From Zygnema circumcarinatum SAG 698-1b (lineage: Eukaryota; Plantae; Zygnematophyceae): a stretch of DNA of 64,000 nt. Below, in pieces: positions 58,580 through 64,000 of this stretch. The translations under genes were made by a program, and so were the position numbers. Position 1 is the first letter of the stretch; each line of letters starts with the position of its first letter. Under the pieces are notes generated by a model that was not told the DNA's origin, searched no databases, and saw nothing but the letters and a program-made list of their open reading frames with translations. The stretch lies in NCBI GenBank assembly GCA_037447605.1, contig CM074816.1, positions 945,873-1,009,872 of the forward strand, read 5' to 3'.

Positions 58580-59527
58580 GTGCACTGCGGCTTATAGAAC
58601 CGGGATCAGGAGGATTGGCGAGGAGAATACTGTAGCGGCGTAGGGATGCGGCGTTCCCACGGCTGGACTTGATGCGCGAAAGAGCGCCGCTTGAGGACCC
58701 TCACTCCCATCCTCCTCCTGAAGCTGATGCTGTAGAGCTTCTAATGATCATTGGTCATTTAGAATGCAGGCAGGATAAATTAGGAATAGAGGGAGAAGCA
58801 GCATGATAGCCGTGAGGAAGGGAAAAGCAGGGGACACAGCAGGCCAAAAGGTGGTATTTTGGAAACTCACCCGGCGTGGTTGGGTACGGGGAATGTCATT
58901 CTGATGAAATTGTCTTCTCAGCTAATCTTTGTCTAGCGGGGATAAGGTACGCTATCGACCGAGAGACTCTTTCTCCTCTCTCTCTCTCTCTACCAATACA
59001 TGGCATGGAACTCCATATACTCTCTCTATATAACGCCAGCATGCATTTAACATGGCGAAGAGGGAAGGAAAAGAAGAAAGAAGAACAGACAACAAACCAC
59101 CGCAGCCAAATACAAATACTAAGCCCGGCACTAAAAGACAAACAAGCATCAACGACATCCCGTCTACTTAACGACAACAATAGATCTTGAGTCTTAGCGT
59201 GATCTCACGATTAATGGCCTTGCTTGAGAGCTTTGTGACTACGTGGAGCCGGATGAGTCAGCGAATGTGTCGGTGACCTCGGTGTTCCCGGAACGCCTTC
59301 TAGCTGGATGGTGTCTTTGTTCCGTGGGCGTAGCGCGTAAGCTGGCCTTGTCTCTCGATCTCCGTTGGCGGCTCACGGATTCCGTTGATCCGTGACACGG
59401 AAGAGGCATACGTCAAGTACAACTGAACTGACGCAAATCCGTCGAACGCAGCTCCGTTACGCTACAACGACCTAATTTTGGTATGGTACGACCGTACGAC
59501 CGTACTCGTACGGTCGTACGGTCGTGG

Positions 59528-60952
59528 TGTTGGTGGAGGGACTCCTCCACTGCTGCCGGCTTCTCCACTCGCATCACCTTCCATCGGAGTTCGCGTTCCA
59601 ATCGATGATGACATTTCCCAAACTCTCACATTCACTCACTTAGCCCGTTTACTCCGCGAGCCTCTCGAGAATATGCCTGTGGAATATGAGAGAAAGGGAT
59701 AGGAGGAGAAAGCTCCTGCGGCTCTAAAACTCCTTAATAATAATCTTATCAACACAAATAGAGACCCTCAAATAGCCCAATAAACTCAAAAGCCCTTTAC
59801 CTCGCGAAGCACAAGCAAGTGTAATGTTAAAATAGCGAGCATGACTTCTCAGAGTACACAATAGCTTCGTTGATGTCGGAAGTTAAGATTGCTGTAAACA
59901 AAACAACACACTATATACAATGTCACAACAACCGTGACACTACCATACAACCAAGCTCACAACATCGGCTGAAAAGCGTGACCCTTGAGAATATATCGAT
60001 CCTCATCTGCGCTGCGTCAGTCCTGCAAACCACGGATCGATACGTTTCCTCGCGTCGGTGACTGAAGCCTAAGCTATTAAAATGCTGGCGTAGGATCTGA
60101 CCCGCCTCCAAGATTGATGGCAGCGTCAAACTCAGCGTCGTCATACGCCACCGACATCGGCGCGCTCCGTCTGATGATGAATCATGGCGCCCGACATTTT
60201 GGCCTTGCGCATCGTCAAGTCGAATCGTTCAATCAAAGGTTGGCTGGCAGCCCAGCGTCGCCGATTCAGCAGCAGCAGCCTTGAGATTGTAGCCTCGGCG
60301 CCACATCTTCAATTAAGCTCAGCGGCAGCGTCGCGTACGTCCTTTCGATTGTCGCGTCGGCGCCCTGCGTCGCCGATAAGCGGCGCGCTGTACTCTTCCA
60401 GACCAAATGTCGTACGCGCCTACTAACTAAGCGCGCAGCAGCAAGAAACACACAACACAAACACCATGTGTTCCAACAAAACATGCTAACTATCATACAC
60501 TAACAATCCCCCTCTTTGGAACTTCTAGTTTTGCGCGGGCCCCAGCCCAATCAACCTCCCGTTGACTAATAGTGTTTCCCCACTAACTCCCTTTGTTAGC
60601 ATATCTGCGGCCTGCTCCTTGGTGCCTACGAACTTCACCTCAATCAAGCCCTCCTCGACCAACTCTCGTACATAATGGTACTGCACCCGAATGTGCTTGG
60701 TCCTCTTGTGGAACACAGGGTTTCCCACCAGGGCAATCGACGATTGATTGTCGGTAAACAAGGTAATCGGTCGTTGGTCCCTCTTGCATTCTTCAAGAAC
60801 TGCATGAACCACAGTCCTTCCTTCGAAGCATGACAAGCACCCATGTACTCGCCCTCCGTGCTCGATAACGCCACCGAGTCCTGCAACTTGGAACTCCACG
60901 AAATCGCTCCTCCTCCATTCAGGTAAACGAAACCCGAAGTCGGCGTGGCGTA
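59528..60952 (-). mobile_element. pol: Ty1/Copia family C copy 3: 3' LTR 59528-60505, PPT, RNase H up to the gap
   Basis: LTR matches 52187-53161; SGFVYLNGGGAISWSSKLQDSVALSSTEGEY...AADMLTK. Confidence 0.9.
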
Positions 60953-61052
60953 NNNNNNNNNNNNNNNNNNNNNNNNNNNNNNNNNNNNNNNNNNNNNNNN
61001 NNNNNNNNNNNNNNNNNNNNNNNNNNNNNNNNNNNNNNNNNNNNNNNNNNNN

Positions 61053-62627
61053 TACCCAATCGAGGGGGGACAGTTGGTCACGTAAGGTAACCCCTTCGTT
61101 TGGATCTTTTCAACCACTGCTCAATCGAAGCAAAATCGCGGTAGGATGTTCGCCCCAAATGAAAGCGGGCCACTTGGCCCCATTCCGCTGGTACCCTTTA
61201 GGTTGCGGAGGAGCAAATGATCGGATTCTCCGGCCAAAGAGCGTTCCAGACGGGGTCCCCACCGCTAGGGTTCGCCACCCCGTAGTGACTCGCGGAAAAG
61301 CCAGTGGGTGCGGATCTCTCGCTGCCGCTCCCAGCCTCGGCAGTTGGGGCGTCGGGACACGACGCTTACCGGAGTGGTAAGCTCTAACCTCGGCCCCTGA
61401 CTCACAGACGCACGCCATGTACCGAGGGGGTTCGGGGCATACCTTCCTCGATCCTCCGGAGCCTAACCGAAAGGCCCCGGAACTCCATTTGGAGCGTGTC
61501 CACCAAGCGGCGGACCGTGAGCTCCATGTCGTCCACCTGCCTCGAACAAGCCATGGTGGCGACGCGCTGCTGCGTCACATCCTTCCCCAGATCCTCGGTC
61601 CTCTTCTTCATCTTTTAAGGACGCTTCACCGTGATGTGGGCCCCCATCATGCGGGATCAGGATTCCCCGCTGAGCCAACGGCCCGTGGCTGAGGGGCAGA
61701 GCTTCTCCACCGGATGACCTTGGTCATCGCGGGCTCTCGACCGGCCTCCATGGGACGTACCAAGTAGCCTTCCGGAAGCCTCTTCCTCCATCACCTCGCC
61801 CCGTGGACGGGTGGTGGAGGTGGCGGCCCCTGAAAATTCCCGGTCACCCGCCCGCCGAAAGTGGTCACTATGACCAAATAAAAAGTTCCTTCCTAAATGT
61901 AAAAGAAACAAAGCTCGATAATTAAATGTCACCACCGGAAATCCAGATCTTCACGGCGCTGAATTGCACTTCAATCGGTCCGCACTCGTCAGAAAGAGGG
62001 GGAGAGAGAGAGAGAGTTTCCAGAGTGGCGCAGTACTTCGTCGTGGGTGCAAATCAATGCCGGTATCGCTGGTTGGGTGACGCATAGCTACCCACGCCCC
62101 TTACGCCTGGCCGAACTCCTACCAAACATGGAGGATTGGAAGTGGTGGTCGCCCAAAGGGTAAACCCGCCACGCGGTCCGCTCTACTTGAATGGGTCGAG
62201 GAGTGTAACGTATTTAACGCCGCCGCGTTTCCCGGCTGGCGCTACAAGGCTGATGCGCGCCGCCGCCGGTGATGCTGGTGTGTGCACGGCTGGGAACCTT
62301 ACGCTACGCCGCGCTGATCCCATCAGTCACCGTCCGGGTACCAACCGCGAATCCGCGATTGTACGACGCATCGTTACGCCCAAACGCAGCATGATGTGGT
62401 CGGTTCGCGATACCTGGGTTCCAGATCGGCGCCATATATATATGTATCTCAGATAGGTCACAAGGCCACAGATCGGAACCCTGGGCGACCTTCTAGTGCT
62501 CCGATCCTAAGACCTTCCTGTGCCCTAGGTGGTCCCCCGCCTTGACCACTGGCCCGCCTCGGGTGAGTACTAGGACGGAGTATGTCCTAAGTACACCTCC
62601 CGTGGGTGACTGTAGCGTTTCGCTACA
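61053..62627 (-). mobile_element. Family B element: LTR about 61870-62627, leader and gag-like start, ends at gap
   Basis: RC starts TGTAGCGAAACGCTACAG; same MELTVRRLVDTLQMEFRGLS peptide as 7516-7818. Confidence 0.78.
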
Positions 62628-63363
62628 CTAGCTACTTCTCCCCTTACTCACTACCTTGCGACACAAGCAGGGCAGCCCAGCAACACGAGCAGGCACAGAG
62701 TAAGTCACGGGTATACAGTAGTCTAATGTGGTTATCCTACATAAACAAGCTAAACCCTATATACCGCCATGGCCGTGTTACGTGACATCTTCCTTGTTGA
62801 CCGATGTCACCGCCACGTCAGCCCCTCATGCCTTCCTCAGCATCGGGTACACGCTCAACATCCAAAGATTGCGTCCTTCTCGTGAAACCTTACTTTCGGG
62901 CCACACTCTGCTAGGGCTGCCCTGCATACTCCGCCAGCCATTCGAATCTTGTGAGAGCCGTCTGCTCGAAGCGCACTTCCGGGCCGCCCAGACAAGGTCA
63001 CGCCTGGGTGGCAAGACATGTTCGAGCCCCTCAAGGCTGCATAATATTTGGCGCCGCCCTCAAGCGACGAATCTCCTCGGCTGCCGATTCGCTGCCAAGT
63101 TACACGCCTTGTTCAAGGGTGGCTGCCGACTCGGTTCCCTCCGTGAAGCTGACCTCGCCACAGTCCATGGACCGCACTAAGGGTCTGACGCGGCTCCGCC
63201 GACATCACCGACATTCTCCGCGCCCGAAAAGCGTACGGGCCACCGACATCAAGCCCCGTAATATTTCCAAGGAGCGCTACTAGCAGTGTTCCCCAAACTG
63301 AGGACCACAACAATGTTAGTGTGAACCCATACAATGTCTAACTATAGCACACTAACACTAACA
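62628..63363 (-). mobile_element. Family F LTR (5' part), interrupted by family B
   Basis: RC begins TGTTAGTGTTAGTGTGCTATAGTTAGACATTGT, as at 5207, and stays colinear with 5207-5890. Confidence 0.85.
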
Positions 63364-64000
63364 GTGGCAACGTCAGACTCGCGGCAACTATACCCCATTT
63401 TCATTAAATTCATCATTCACAACCTAACCGAATCCGTACACCACATAAAACATCAAAATCGAACGCCGTCTTACGTAGAAAAAGACAGGTGGCAATGAAA
63501 CAATAAGTACGCAATATACCCCATTTTCTACGATTCGATCCAACTAAACGCACAACCAATCAGACGCCGACGGGTAACGCCGCACTCAAGCGCAACTATA
63601 CCCCATTTTCATTAAATTAATCTTTCACAACATAATCGACCGCTTCCGCACGGATCAAAACGACAAGAAAAGCTTTTGCCTACGGCAACAAAAAAAAGAG
63701 AGTCGGGGAATAGAGCCAAATAGAGCCGTTGCACCAGACGCAGGATCGGACGACGCTTCGATGATCTAAACGACACGAACAACCGCACATCATCTTCCTG
63801 CTCTTCACCTCCTCCCCGACTTCCATTTCTTACACTCACTGCCTAGCCAGGCAAGAGTTGCTGGTGGTGCTTGCCGTTTTGTTCCGAAATCTACCATAAC
63901 CAACACTTATGTCGCTGCGGTTTCTCTGCCGTTCTGCTACTACAGCTACTGCTGCATTTCTTCCTACCAGAGAAACCGAAATGACCGACAAATAATGATT

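Noticed and set aside
58600-59480. Possible minus-strand spliced exon pair (GTGAGT near 58868, CTACAG near 58731)
   Set aside because: No recognisable protein; the region lies between LTRs and may be retroelement LTR or leader sequence. Unassigned.
63909-63995. Short ORF MSLRFLCRSATTATAAFL resembling a transit peptide
   Set aside because: Stops after 28 codons with no convincing splice donor, at the window edge.

Overview
Eukaryotic, plant-lineage genomic scaffold (GT-AG introns, TTTAGGG-type repeats, plant-specific LRRs, Met-i primer-binding sites; a streptophyte alga is my inference). It has seven N gaps. The one supportable host gene is a 25-exon, + strand gene at 14485-29646, which I spliced by hand into an unbroken frame of about 1452 aa. 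It encodes a secreted protein with no TM helix: signal peptide - ricin-B beta-trefoil - legume (L-type) lectin - extensin-like Pro-rich rod - LRRNT plus about 7 LRRs - Cys-rich/EGF - papain-family (C1A) protease with intact Q/C/H/N and no recognisable I29 propeptide - 2 EGF-like - about 4 LysM-like repeats. Every module boundary falls on a phase-1 intron. This multi-lectin, LRR-coupled protease is the main candidate novel system; its function is untested. The gene is bracketed by nested non-autonomous DNA transposons: long foldback (Mutator-like) elements and AGGG...CCCT MITEs with 3-bp A-N-T duplications. The remainder (1-8 kb, 32-63.4 kb) is nested, degenerate Ty1/Copia and Ty3/Gypsy LTR retrotransposons whose indel density suggests uncorrected long-read sequence. 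Retroelement family labels A-F are my own, and all coordinates were counted by hand.
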